Part shown: one piece after another, positions 11,301 through 24,145 of the stretch
Numbering within the stretch: position 1 is the first letter of the stretch
How the letters are laid out: the number at the start of each line of letters is the position of its first letter
DNA from: Magallana gigas
Taxonomy: Eukaryota
Reading direction: 5' to 3'
Length of the DNA stretch: 64,000 nucleotides
NCBI RefSeq assembly: GCF_963853765.1
Contig: NC_088857.1
Coordinates: 3,100,001-3,164,000 of the forward strand
The notes under the pieces: generated by a model
Databases searched by the model: none
The model's input: only the letters and a program-made list of their open reading frames with translations
Told to the model about the DNA's origin: nothing
Position numbers and translations under genes: made by a program

Positions 11301-14281
11301 TTTCCCAAAATCTTCAAAATCCTAATCCCTGGGGGGGGGGGGGGGGGGGGGGGGGGCCTGGCTTACCATGTAACTTCAATTTCACTACTCATTTCCTTAT
11401 TTTCATATCAATTTTTTACATACTCCCAAAAAAGTGGGGGGGGGGCCAACTCAATGATAATTCCATTTTTTATATGTAAATTTTAAAAAATTTGTTGCTG
11501 CGAGAAAAAGTGGGGGGGGGGGGGGGGGGCCAGGCCCCCCCGGGGCCCCCCCCCCCCCCCCCGATGCTACGTGCCTGGGAGAAGGGTTAATATAAACGGC
11601 CTATGGAATATGAAATATAAGATTTTCAACATTAAAGAGATGGAACGATATAATGTATTGTTTTAAGAATCATCTTAGATATTAGTAATCAAGATGTTAT
11701 AAGTTTATATCTGATAGTTTAGTTTGTGACGGACGTTAGGTTATTTTGAATGTATTCGTCCAGCGGTCTCCTTTGATCTTTTTCAGAAGACTGGTTCCAG
11801 TAGAGGCGGCGCTTACTACATTGTGGGGTGGGACATGAAAATCCTCAAACAATCCGGTACGTACAGGTCATTGCCCCCCCCCCCCCCCCTCCCCCGAATT
11901 TTCCAATGCCGATTTTTTAATTATATAGGTCATATAGACAATAGGTCACATAAATTTACTAGTACTGTAGCACGCATCTAAAGCGTGGTGGATTATAATT
12001 GGGTGTTATTTAAAAAAAACACGTTAGAAGTCTTAAATACTGCTTTTGTCTGCCGGTGTTTTTGTCGGTTCATCGAACGGGTACAGGAATAGAGTTGTGG
12101 TTTTTACTGACCGGGTACAGGGATAGAGTTGTGGTTTTTACTGACCGGGTACAGGTACAGGAATAGAGTTGTGGTTATTACTGACCGGGTACAGGCATAG
12201 AGTTGTGGTTTTTACTGACCGGGTACAGGAATAGAGTTGTGGTTTTTATTGACCCTAACCTCAAGGAGTGACTAAGTATGCGGCATGAAACAAAGTATAG
12301 GAAGTTGATAAATATAGCTCATATGTAATCATTTAATATTATATAATGGGTGTTTATGTCAAATTTTGTATACTTTATGTCATCTATGGACAACTTATTA
12401 TGTATCTATAAACCACTTCATTTGACGTCTTGGCAACTATAAAACATTATTTTATGATATCTGAAATTTTTTGACATTTTAATTGTACATCAAAAGACAA
12501 CAAATTGAACTTTCAAACAATTTTATTTTAACATTTATAGACAGACGTCAATTGACAAATTAGTAGATACGTGTATTTATAAAGATAATCTGATACGATG
12601 AAGTTATAACATCTTAAAAACACAAATTATAGTTTAAATACCTATATATATATACAATGTATATGTAACTAGGTATATGTATAAATCAACTGATATATTG
12701 ACTTAGTTTGGCTTCAATAATATAGGGATGCAATGCAGCATCCATGTACAACTGGATTAACATTTTTTTTTTTAAAATTCAATTCAATATCTTTCAAAAT
12801 TAGAGTAGAAATGTTTGAAACGTAAATTGCACAGTTCTAGACAAGTTGAATTGACGCCCATGGGTGGCTTATATAATTGCACATTCACTGACAACTTTAT
12901 TCAACATATACATGTATAGACAACTTATTTAAATATCTGTAGACTATTCAATTCGACACTTGTTATAAACCGACATCTATAAAGACAACTTTGCAGACAG
13001 CAATAGACACGACGGTGAATAGCTTCTCCTTCTCTAGTAACATATTCTGTATACAAGGGCACCTGTCCTTTCATTAAAGAAAAAGTCATTGCATGGCGCT
13101 CTTATTTCAAAAGATATTGAAGTGGAAAATGAAAAAAAATCACATGATTGCACTTATGAGATTTCATCAGATTGGCCGAGTAATTGTTTTCTTATATATA
13201 CTTGATCGACACCCCCTTCCACTCCAATCTGTCATCTAAACCTATTATTAGAACTTTATATCTGTTATCTTTTAGATCAAGAACAAGGTCAATATGACTA
13301 ACAGCAGAAATGAACTAATTTATTTTGATATGGTATACATACGATTGTACTACACATGTATTCTCACAGCTATTTGCACTATATATGTTAGACCGATGTA
13401 ATATACATGCGTAATTTGTTTTTCATGATACCTGTAGGGACCGACTGTCCAATCTGTTGGGAAAGGATGGACTCAAAGCAACAGCTGAAAGCAAAGCTTG
13501 TCTGTCAACATGGTAAGAAATGGAGAGAAGTGGGGGGGGGGGGGGGGGGGTAGTAGTTCTAACAACTGATAGATGTATTTAATTACAGAACTGTTATGAT
13601 TTTTTCAGTTTTCCACCATCATTGTTGGCAGAATTACTCCAAAATGACTACTGCGCCTGCCGTCTGTTGCCCCCTTTGTCGTGCCACACCCATCAAATTC
13701 CCGGGGGTAGAGCGACTCAAGTCAGACGTTAAGATCCTCGTAGATCGCTTCCGCTGCTTTAAACGCAATGATTTCCCGCCAGATGGCGATACACGTAAGT
13801 GGCCAAATTAAGATAAAACAGATAGTAAAATCTTTGCACGTATCGCACACTATAATATGGATGTAACGGAACCGGTTAAATAGATATTGGCAAAACGATT
13901 TTATATCAATCTTGCATTGTAAAGTTTATGTTTTAAAATTAGTTAAACACGCATTTATTTTTATTTGTTTTGAATGTATTTTATTATATTTAAGAAATAT
14001 TAAGTCTTAGGACGCGGGGGGGGGGGGTGAAAACACATTGTAAACCGGAATTTGTTATAAGGAGTTTCGGTGCAATCCTGTTCTACTGTATATGAATGTA
14101 TAATTTATCTTTTCATAATATGCAAAGCGAGGTAATTCTGGAATCTCAAGCTTTAGAATTATTTCATGCGATAGAAAAGCTAAAAATATCTCTTCAGTAA
14201 AGTAATAGTTACTCTGCATTGGTAGCTGTTGTTTCTTTATTGTATTGATATATTACAGGGGTAGCCATGATTGATGTTTGA
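8314..14281 (+). CDS. Two-transmembrane RING-H2 protein (putative membrane E3 ubiquitin ligase), 231 aa, 6 exons
   Basis: Exons 8314-8504, 10156-10306, 11787-11856, 13438-13512, 13609-13794 and 14259-14281. All introns are GT-AG and phases are consistent (2,0,1,1,1; 696 nt). TM1 CLCGSFILVLVTLLVVFVVGII; TM2 MVFMALCIAIIVMLIVTSLACLCMC; RING-H2 CPIC-x15-CQHVFHHHC-x13-CPLC. The last exon (RVAMIDV*) is the least certain. Confidence 0.8.
9327..9406 (+). CDS. Candidate alternative first coding exon of the RING-H2 gene (no TM)
   Basis: ATG 9327 downstream of tatatatataag; open for 80 nt (MKMTQVESYQHKTGAVLLLSTTQFNS). Donor AG|gtaaat at 9407 is phase 2, matching the 10156 acceptor. Confidence 0.4.
10291..10590 (+). 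repeat. 54-bp minisatellite (~5.5 copies, alternating A/B types) starting in RING exon 2 and containing its splice donor
   Basis: cgtccaca at 10297, 10351, 10405, 10459, 10513 and 10567. Each copy is followed by gtaagt, gtaaga or gtaatt. Confidence 0.95.
11198..11577 (+). mobile_element. Non-autonomous TIR element (MITE) with 16-bp TIRs and a 5-bp TSD
   Basis: 5' caggcacggagcatcg and 3' cgatgctacgtgcctg (15/16 inverted match). GGAGA flanks both sides (11193-11197 and 11578-11582). Internal poly-G, poly-A and poly-C tracts. Confidence 0.8.
12079..12254. repeat. 34-bp tandem repeat, 5 copies (gggtacaggaatagagttgtggtttttactgacc)
   Basis: Copies at 12079, 12113, 12147 (with an extra gtacag), 12187 and 12221. 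Confidence 0.92.
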
Positions 14282-15324
14282 GGTCAAAGTTCACACCAGA
14301 TTGGTCATCCATAGCCTTACATTCCAGTCTAGTCACCGATACTGAGGGACCGGTTTCGCCCGGGGGTCAAGGTAGTCCCCAACGGACACTTGAAATGGTG
14401 CTGTTCCAAATTTTGCACAAGAAACTTTACAGTATAAACATGTATCTTGTTCACTACTTCGTTACCAGAAGCTGCCATTACAATTACGCATTATCCCGGT
14501 ATAAACTGTTTCAGGAGTATAAGTGTTCTATTCATACCCAGGGTAAAAGTATACCGATATGTTATGATCTTTAACCATGCAAGTCTATAGTACAAATACT
14601 CAGAATGTGAGAAGGGGTGGGAGGGGTTTGCTTACAGCCGCCATATGTACACAAGCAGTCGTCCACACAGGTGCCATGATCAATGGTTGTACATCATTCC
14701 AATTTTCTGCTTTTCAACTTTATTTTATACTTGTATATACATACACTGTTATTTTTTTAAGAATAAACTTTGTTACTTTTTGTAAAATGTTTTGTTTATT
14801 TTTCAACCACTTCTGTGCATATAACTCAAGAAAGAAGTTGATAAATTCCATACCATATGGAATATATTTTAAGAATCAGTTGCTTTTTTTTGGTAAGTTC
14901 ATGTGGGTATGCAGGTATAAAACATGGCAGAAAAAACATTATACCAGTCCGTGGGTTTTTCCTACTATGATCGCACGGTTTATAGCGCATACGTAACTGA
15001 ACTTTTTATACTGATTTTGTTTACATATTCACTCTAAATTATTTATAAATATTTAAAAGTGAGAAAAAATACACATTGTTAATCATAGGACGTAATACAC
15101 AAGGATGATAAAATCCATCGTATTCTCTCATTATTTGGGAATCTTAATCCCAACATTGTTTATAAACGAAGACGACTACAATTAGAAATATGACACTGAA
15201 ACTAAAAATAAGCAGATCAGAAATCAAAATGAAACTAAATAGAAAACCACACAAAAGCCATCAGCTGATGTAAGCTAAGTATGACAGCCATGCCATTTTA
15301 TTAGTCATTCATCCCCATCACATC

Positions 15325-16040
15325 ACAAGAGCAAACATGGCCCAAGTTGGGTTCCCCCCCCCCCCCCCAAAAAAAAAATTGTCAAAATAAAGTTAAATTC
15401 ATAGTCCTTCTGGCAAAGAAAACATGTACAACTTGTGAGTCTTAATTATAATCTTTTCGGAAACTCGTGGTTTTTCTCTACATTAGACTGATTTCAACAG
15501 TGTAGTATGGAGAAACCCGTAGGTTCAATGGTGCATTTGATACACAAAGAAAGCCCTATTTAGGTACCCTCCCCAGTCACCCATCTTTAAATTTTAGCTA
15601 CTCTTCCTTGTTTATTAAGCTGTCATAGCTACCTTTTTTAACATCGTCCCAATGAACTTGAGTTTTGTTAAACAGGACAATTTACAGACATACGTAAGAA
15701 AATATGCACACCTCTGATATATGCACAATCGTTCTGTAAAGAACAACTTCCTATCTTGAAAACTATAAAAGGAGTTATCAGTACAATAGGGGTAGCCTAT
15801 ATGCAATATTTTGCCAAAAAGACTAAATTCAACAGCTGGTATATTTTATCATGAATTATCTTAGTAAAGATCCAAACAATGTGCACCTCTAGTACAACTG
15901 ATCTGCAAAAGAACAACTTCCTGTCTTGAAAACTGTGGGAGTTATCCGTACAATAAGGGTACCCTTTTGCCAGCCGTCCACCAGCTTTCCATTTTTACCA
16001 TTTCAATAACCGGATTTTTCCTTTGGAAAACACGGTTAAA
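15325..16040 (+). mobile_element. Helentron-associated (HINE-like) non-autonomous element with an internal ~170-bp duplicated unit
   Basis: 5' acaagagcaaacatggcccaag. aagaacaacttcct...gagttatc.gtacaata occurs at 15739 and 15909. 3' hairpin taaccg...tttcc-ttt-ggaaa...cggtta at 16007-16038, followed by aaa. Family call is from recalled architecture, not a database search. Confidence 0.55.
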
Positions 16041-16453
16041 ACTAAAAGTAAATGTTTCTTATAATTTCTTCAAAGCAGGTTTTTTTTATGATGGGATTAC
16101 TGCAGGTCTAAGTGTTTTTTTTTAATGGGATTACCGCAGGTCTAAATTCTACAAACCTTTGAAAATTGTAAATAACTTTTACTACTTTTTGGGAGTTGAT
16201 TTTAATCAACTCTCCTATGCAGTTGCTCAGACAAACCGAAGTGAAACAGTGTTTGGACCTCAGCACAAATCATTGCTGCTGACAAAACTTAGTTCTTGAA
16301 AATAATTGATAAATTCGATGTAATGTATGCTAAAGCACTGTTTTTCAAGGAAGCTTATTTCTAAATACCTTGAAAATAGTCAGATTTTAAATGGTACAAA
16401 CAATTTAAATATTTTTTGTAGTCGTATGTATTCCTACGCCAGAGTTCAATATA

Positions 16454-16538
16454 GTCTCGTTCAAGTCGACGCTCGGCTGTCTCCGTAAATCCTTGCCGGA
16501 AATTTACGGTGTCAGCCGAGCGTTTGGTTGAACGAGAC
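16454..16538. mobile_element. 85-bp palindromic (foldback) mini-element
   Basis: Arms gtctcgttcaa..acgctcggctg..ccgtaaat / atttacgg..cagccgagcgt..ttgaacgagac. Flanked by a 12-bp direct repeat agagttca(a/g)tat. Confidence 0.8.
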
Positions 16539-18174
16539 AAGAGTTCAGTATTGCTTGGATCCATACAATTTTCGAGTAATATTTCTATCACTGATACATA
16601 GTTTGATTGAATAAATTTTATCTTTAAATATTATTTAACATTATTCATATGGGGGTTTCTCGACATTCTTGTCGAAAAAGTCCAAAAGTTCATATTATAA
16701 AAATGTGCGTAATTCAAATTAGAAAATACATGTACTTGTCATGCAAAATAACATATCATTGATTTTAAAATAAATAAACATCGACAAAATCAACTCCCGT
16801 CAGTTCTTCAGCACTTTAAGTATTATCGCCAGAAGAAATATCACAGAAATGTAAAGTCCACCTTTACCCTACAAATCTCTAAAATTAATATCAATGTTTA
16901 CCTTTGCGCATAAGTAATTTGGATCCCTTAAAATTTAACTGGTTCTAAAAGTTAGGCCTCAAATCACGTTAGACACCACCTTAAATAAGGGTCCAATAAA
17001 CTGACACCAATACAAGTTGCTTAATCAACTAAAACTTGTCATCTGGACTGGGTCTCATTCACTGTAATTACAGATGGTTCGTATATATTTAATTTTTCTT
17101 CTAGGTCATATGACTGATACAGCTGTAGTTAAATCCCTATGCAGCCTTGAATTCAGCTTACACTGATGAATCTGAATTAGATATCAACACTCACGGGCAC
17201 TGGAACTTATTGTAAATATAATTAATGTGCATGTATATAAAAAAGACATGCACATACAATATATTTACACACGTCACCAAGTAGTAATACAACAATGACT
17301 GTACAATATTGAAGAGTCCCTGCTATAAACACTGTTTATCCACTAACCACTATTTTTACAGGATGCAAGATTTGTATACATTGAATTATAAGCATACTGA
17401 ATCATCAATAGGTGTTAAAATTTTATGAAGTCAAATGCTGGAAATACTGATGTTTCAGAATTTATTGCACAATACTATATTTTATACAAGAACTATGATT
17501 AAAAGTTGACATTTCCTCTAAAATTACAGATGATATTGAGAAGTGAAGTAAAATGTGCCAAATAAAACACATAAAATTAACATGTAGATGGAAAACCTCT
17601 GCCAAGCTGCCATTGTAAAGTGGAGTGCTCGCGAACGGTAAACTCCAGCGAGTCCACAGATCTAAATGTCTAGACACATAATACATAGCCATTTAACAGG
17701 GGGAAAGCAAAAAATACCATAAATAATGAATCCAAATGAGTTTTAGCTTTCAAAAAACTCTTTTTTCTTTTGTGGCTTTGACCTTTGAATCTCAACTGTT
17801 CTAAAAATAAACTTTTAATATGAACACAACATGAACAGTAACACAAATTACTGTGCCCCATTAGTTTTAAAACAAACTTAGATAAAATTTATCAGAAAAA
17901 TTCACCAAAGAAGGTTTGATGAAAGTACAGAGATCATAAAATATTCCAAAAATATCACATCGTTGGTTCATATCTAAACACATACAAAGTTGAGAAAAGT
18001 TGGATAACAATAGCAAAAGTTTTTTTTAAAAAAAATCTTCACATTGAGATAAAGGGTTTTACTTGATGACCTAGTTTTACACTGGACACAGGCTATTACA
18101 TAACACAATCAGATGATATACCAGAAGTAACATGTAGTTTAGAAGTAACACAGATTTACAAATTCCCCGTCTCC

Positions 18175-21100
18175 TCAGCAGATCATTCCAAACCTGGGCC
18201 CTTTGTCTATGTAAATGTCCCCAAACTCCTCCGGCTGTTGCACTTGGATAGCCTGGAACTTTTTGAGAACTAAGAGTGTATAGAATTTTGAGCACGCTTG
18301 TTTTCGGTTCAAGTTTCTGGACATTTCCTTGAAGCTGAGAGTGTTCTTGTATCTGAAGGCCACGTCCAGTGAGTGCTGCATCAGCTGGGTCCGCTTCGTC
18401 CATCGCTTCTCCTCCTGTTCCTCATTCTCCGGCATCGCCTCTGTATCTACCTCAGCCTCCACATTGAATGACTGTCAAAAGTAAAAGTGTTAGAAATCAA
18501 CCAAAAAGCTTTTTATACTAAATAGCAGGAATTTTGCAATATGCTTATCATTATCCACTTTAGTGAGGGATTATTATTTAAAAGCAGCATGTGCAAAGAT
18601 ATACTCATTGCTTCTTTTATTCTTCATTCTAATGCCTTTGAAAAAATGTATCATTGAATTGCATAATAGCAGTGTTGAAATTTTAGACACTAATGATTCA
18701 GGGAGCTTAGTGATCAGGTTAAAATAAATGAATTCTGGCAAAAGTGTTTGAAAAGATAAACCTGACAGCAAAGACTGTATCATACTTCAACCCTACACTT
18801 ACCGGTGCATCGTGTGGAAGTACTGATGGCGGGGCCACTGACTGTGGGGGGACACTGGGAGGGGGCACAGAGAATGGGGCTATTGAGGGTGGCTCCGTCT
18901 CATACGGATCTAGATGTGGGTTCAGCAGGGACGGCGGCCCCCCTGGTAGGTCTATGGGAGCCTCTGTAAATGTGTTTGAGAAGGGGTTCGTGGTGTTGTT
19001 CAGAGAGAGGTCGGGTTCTCGGGATGGGGTAGGAACTGGTTTGGGGGACTTCAGGGACTGTCGCTCCCTTCGTTTTGTTCGTGTGGTTGTGGCAGATTCA
19101 TCTAGGACCGATGGTTCTTCTATGATAGTGCTAACTTCCTGAATCGGTGCTGCAGATCTCTCTGTCAACAAAAAATAACATTCAACCAGTCAAAACTTGA
19201 TGTCTGTGTACATATGAAACATAATCTGATGGGCACATGTTCTAAATCTTTTAAATATACAAGAAAATTCAGTTGGATAGTGAAAAGTCTCATCTGACCT
19301 GCACAAATTCTAGGTAAAGACGAGAGCAATGAACAAATCAGTAAGAATCCTGTGAGTACCTTGTTCCTCACGGAGAATCTCCGTGGCCTCCAGATCCAGC
19401 TTGTCCTGGTCGGACTCCTCCTCCTCCTTTACTTGTCGCGTGATCAGATTCCGGGAGAAAAGCTACAACACATATTATAATCAAACTCTTAAGAATTTTC
19501 TAAATTTGTACATTTATGATGGCTGTCTAAGGTTATTTGACAAATTGTAAACCAAATTAAAATCAAAAGTCAAGCACTGTCCCTCACCTTAGAAGCAGTT
19601 TTGGAAATAATTGGTCTGCCAGGAAGAGCAAACAATTTTTCCACGCCACCAGTTTCCTTCCAGTGCATCAGTTTCTTAGTGGGAGGCGCTAGATCTAGTG
19701 TGGTAATGATGTCTGAGGTATCCGACAGCTGAAGCTTCATGGTCTCACTAGGGAATCCTTTCTGTTCATCTACAATCAACTTTCGCTTCCTCTTCTTTTT
19801 CTCTGCTCCTGGGAAGACTGTGGCATCTAAGGGAGGTAAGGCAAAGGCCTCTTCTTCGTTATTGATGAGGGTGGTTTGTTCCCCTGATGTTCCCGGTGCA
19901 TGGTGAATCATGGTGGGCTCTGTGGCTGATGTGGTGTTTGTTGTTACGTTGCTTGAAGCATCTTTTGGTTCTGTAGAGGTTTTATAGAAATTAAATCTTG
20001 TTAAGGCATAAGCATGAACAAGTTAAATTCAAGACTTATATATTGGTTAATGGCATATCATCTGTTGAAGAGCTTCATAAACAGCTGTAAACTTGAATGA
20101 TACTTAAAATCCAAGTTTAAGAACGTAAGTCATAACAGTAATTGTTGTGCTGTTCTTCTAAACTTTATTTACGTTCTAATATGACAAAATATACCTTCAC
20201 TACAGTGAGTGTACAGTGAATATTCTACTTAATAACATCCGTCATTCAAAAAAGGCAGTAGATGCAGATTGAAAGGTGATTTTAATTACGGTACTGATAG
20301 ATGTAATGCACCATTTTGGTTGAATTTGTTGTAAGCTAAGGTGTTGCAAGGAAAATGGAGAAGATCGCCAAATAATTTTACCAAAGAGTTTCAAGCTCTT
20401 TTTAGACAAGACAGTCTAAAATAAACCCAAGATGGTGGCCATGTGTAAATTGTGAATTCTTAGGTACTAGGTAGAGGGCATATATTTATTTTTTGTAAAA
20501 AAAAAATGTCAGGTGTCTGTGTGCATAAAACTAAAAAGAATCACATTCATCAACTTCTTGTCTGCCAGCACATCATAGAGAAAATGTACAGGATGGGGTC
20601 ATGCTCCAAAGCAGGACATAAAATAGGAATTCAATTAATACCTTCTGGCTTTTGTTCTTCCACAGGTGCTGGCATGGAGACTTCCCCGACTGGTAAAGGA
20701 GCATCCTCAAACAAGCCACCTCCATTCATAAAGTCATTCCCTAAAACACAAACTCACAAATATGACATGTCAGAATCGAGATGCATAAAATTCCAAAATG
20801 TTATTACTTGAACTAGTTTGCGGGATATCTGTAGAAACTTTCCTGAATAATAAAGAAGTATACTTATTACTTATCCTACACTTTATGTTTCATAATGTGT
20901 AAGAGAAAAGTTACTAATTTGATTAACATGTATATCTATTGTTTTTACATTATTTAGGATCCAAATTTTTAAACAAAGATTTTAGCTTATATTTTACAAT
21001 GAACTTTTTCAAACTAATTCCTTTTATTATACCCATGTGAAAAATTTTAAAAACATGTATTTCAACACACATGATTTTTCACTCACAGTATTTGTACTGT

Positions 21101-24100
21101 TTATCCAACACCCAGCAAACCTTTCTTACCAAAAAATTCTTGATCCACCCCTCCTCCAAACCCACCGTCATCATCGTCATCATCATCATGTTCATGGTCA
21201 TCATCTTAACCATCAAATCAAAACAATCAACAGTCAACTTCATAACAATTAACAATTAACCTTTTAACACTGTAACCATCAATAGCTTAATTTATAACAA
21301 TCATTAACTCCAAACAAACATGAACAATAAGGATGCGTTTTCTTTAAAGACTTTATAGCAATAAGTTTTAACCCACATTTGTATTTTTGTATTTTTTTTT
21401 TTTCAAAACAAGTTTTTGTACAATTAAAAGAAAAAGCAATCCTTCAATAAACTCAACAGGAAAAGAAAACAAACACAAACTATTGACTCACCTATAAATC
21501 CCCCATCCACGGCCCCGCCAAAATCATCAGCATCAACGGCTGGATGTAAGTCCACGTCCATCGGTTTCTCTGACGTGTGCTCGTTCAGTGTCTTTTCATC
21601 AGGCTCCACTGGTCGAATACTGCTGCGATTGGTGTACAGGGAGTCATCAATGCCTGACGCATCTCGCAGGATTTCTCTGTCATCAAACCCTACATCACCT
21701 ATACAAGAAAGGTAAAAGCTGAGTTAGCACATTCATGCATTATCCTTAACATTTAACAGAAATATGTATTTTTCTATATAAATAAATATTTGATGGATTT
21801 CAGACACCAGCTAAGTGTCAACTGAAATCTGTAAACAACATTGACAAGCTTTACCTTTCAGTCAGAATTAAAGGCTTATTTTCCAAAACATATATAAATC
21901 TTTGAGTCTCCAAGACATATATTAACTACATGTACCAATTAATAAGATTGTCATGGTGATACTGTCCACAGATTTCAGTTTAATTTGTCTTTAATTTAAA
22001 CACAAACTAACGAACTTGTCTACAGACTACTGAATACGTAAGTTTCTGTAACAGAAATTCTGTTTGACTAGAGCAACATAAGCTAACTATGATATGGGGG
22101 ATTTCTGTTTGACTAGAGCAACATAAGCTAACTATGATATGGGGGATTTCTGTTTGACTAGAGCAACATAAGCTAACTATGATATGGGGGATTTCTGTTT
22201 GACTAGAGCAACATAAGCTAACTATGATATGGGGGATTTCTGTTTGACTAGAGCAACATAAGCTAACTATGATATGGGGGATTTCTGTTTGACTAGAGCA
22301 ACATAAGCTAACTATGATATGGGGGATTTCTGTTTGACTAGAGCAACATAAGCTAACTATGATATGGGGGATTTCTGTTTGACTAGAGCAACATAAGCTA
22401 ACTATGATATGGGGGATTTCTGTTTGACTAGAGCAACATAAGCTAACTATGATATGGGGGATTTCTGTTTGACTAGAGCAACATAAGCTAACTATGATAT
22501 GGGGGATTTCTGTTTGACTAGAGCAACATAAGCTAACTATGATATGGGGGATTTCTGTTTGACTAGAGCAACATAAGCTAACTATGATATGGGGGATTTC
22601 TGTTTGACTAGAGCAACATAAGCTAACTATGATATGGGGGATTTCTGTTTGACTAGAGCAACATAAGCTAACTATGATATGGGGGATTTCTGTTTGACTA
22701 GAGCAACATAAGCTAACTATGATATGGGGGATTTCTGTTTGACTAGAGCAACATAAGCTAACTATGATATGGGGGATTTCTGTTTGACTAGAGCAACATA
22801 AGCTAACTATGATATGGGGGATTTCTAGAAGGTTTCTTTCCTTCTGTATGAACACATTTTCATGCATGAAAAGGGGAAAATGAAATCAGAGATAATATTC
22901 ATGATAAAATCAAACTACACCAAGTGGATGCCTTCCACCTTTTGTAATCACTCACTATTAAAAATGAGTTTCAACATTTGGAAAATTTCAATCATACTCA
23001 TTTTAACGCAGTATTCAAATTCGCCTCCTGAACAAAAATAATCAAATACATTTCTAGAGACACGAGTGTATCTTAACCGTCTTATTAAAACTTAAAACAG
23101 AAAAAATCATGGAAGTATGTCACTATGTGTCTTATTTATGAGTTTTTTTAAATTATGATCAATTGTTAAATAAGAATGCTATACAAAAAGAATAGTTTAA
23201 AAAAGAGAGCTTCCTGTTTTATAAAATTTACTATGCCAACTTAAAATGATACTGCTTTTTTCTTGATTTGACAAAATTCCTTGTATTTTTTAATTAAACT
23301 CCTTGTCTCTTTGAATAATAGGAATTAGGAAAAAACCTTTATAAATCAAATGTAGCTAGATTTACACAGTTTGATTGCTATGATTACAGTGAAGACAGAT
23401 ACTGGGCCCTGGCACTCACCAAACCCATCATCGCCAACAAAAGCTATACTGGACAAATCCTCCCTCATCGTGATGTCCTCGGGACGACTCTGGTTGACAG
23501 AAAACTGGGCGTGCATGTCAAGGTCACTAAAAATTAAACATCCATTCCTGATTAATACAATACACTAATTGAGTAATGGGGAAAAGTTCATTCGAGAATT
23601 TTTTTTTTAAAGCTTGTGTGGATCAACGGAAGGTTCAATAGATCTGACATGGTCTAATTACTTGAGATCAGCTAAGGTGGTGTCAAAGTCGTGGAAGTTC
23701 TCCTGCAGGGTGATGGCGGCCACGGCAGCCTCGCGGTTCTCCTCCGGCAGGTCCACCACACCCGGACGGAAGGCCATCTTGATCTTGACAAAAGCTTCAT
23801 TACAGTCTGCTAACAAGTACTTGGCCTTCCGAGAATAAATTCTGACAACTCCCAGTAACAAATGACCAGATGTACGCAATGCAAGCTTGACCTTAAAATG
23901 AAATACGTAGAAACATTAAGTTAACTCAGAAGTATTTAATTATACAGCAATAAGAAAAGGCCATATACAATCGAAATATCAGCTATTTTCATAAATATTA
24001 CCTTTGGTTGCATAATTGCTTCCACACTGCTGTCAATATTTGTTTCAAATACATGAGCCTTCGTTAGCTTTTTATCCCAATGAGCTGCCAGCCAAATCCG

Positions 24101-24145
24101 GGCCAATGGGCCCTTTTTGCTCAGCACAAAGTGAGCATAAAACAT
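18175..24145 (-). CDS. RAD21: Cohesin kleisin subunit RAD21/Scc1, 642 aa (667 aa with the cassette exon)
   Basis: Exons (minus strand) 24145-24002, 23891-23662, 23526-23420, 21698-21492, 20740-20642, 19970-19588, 19462-19360, 19161-18803 and 18471-18175. GT-AG introns, consistent phases (1929 nt). N-terminus [32 protein letters not shown]; central KRKRKLIVD...[26 protein letters not shown]; C-terminal [30 protein letters not shown]. Confidence 0.98.
21130..21204 (-). CDS. RAD21: Candidate 75-nt symmetric (phase 1-1) cassette exon of RAD21 encoding an Asp-rich segment
   Basis: ttgatggttaag|ATGATGACCATGAACATGATGATGATGACGATGATGACGGTGGGTTTGGAGGAGGGGTGGATCAAGAATTTTTTG|gtaaga. In frame it encodes [25 protein letters not shown](G). 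Confidence 0.65.
22056..22826. repeat. 45-bp minisatellite, ~17 apparently identical copies, in RAD21 intron 3
   Basis: Unit atttctgtttgactagagcaacataagctaactatgatatggggg. Sequence lines repeat exactly with a 180-bp period. Confidence 0.98.

Noticed and set aside
22007-22867. 286-aa ORF with [15 protein letters not shown] repeats
   Set aside because: It is a by-product of the 45-bp intronic VNTR, with no convincing exon boundaries or similarity to known proteins.
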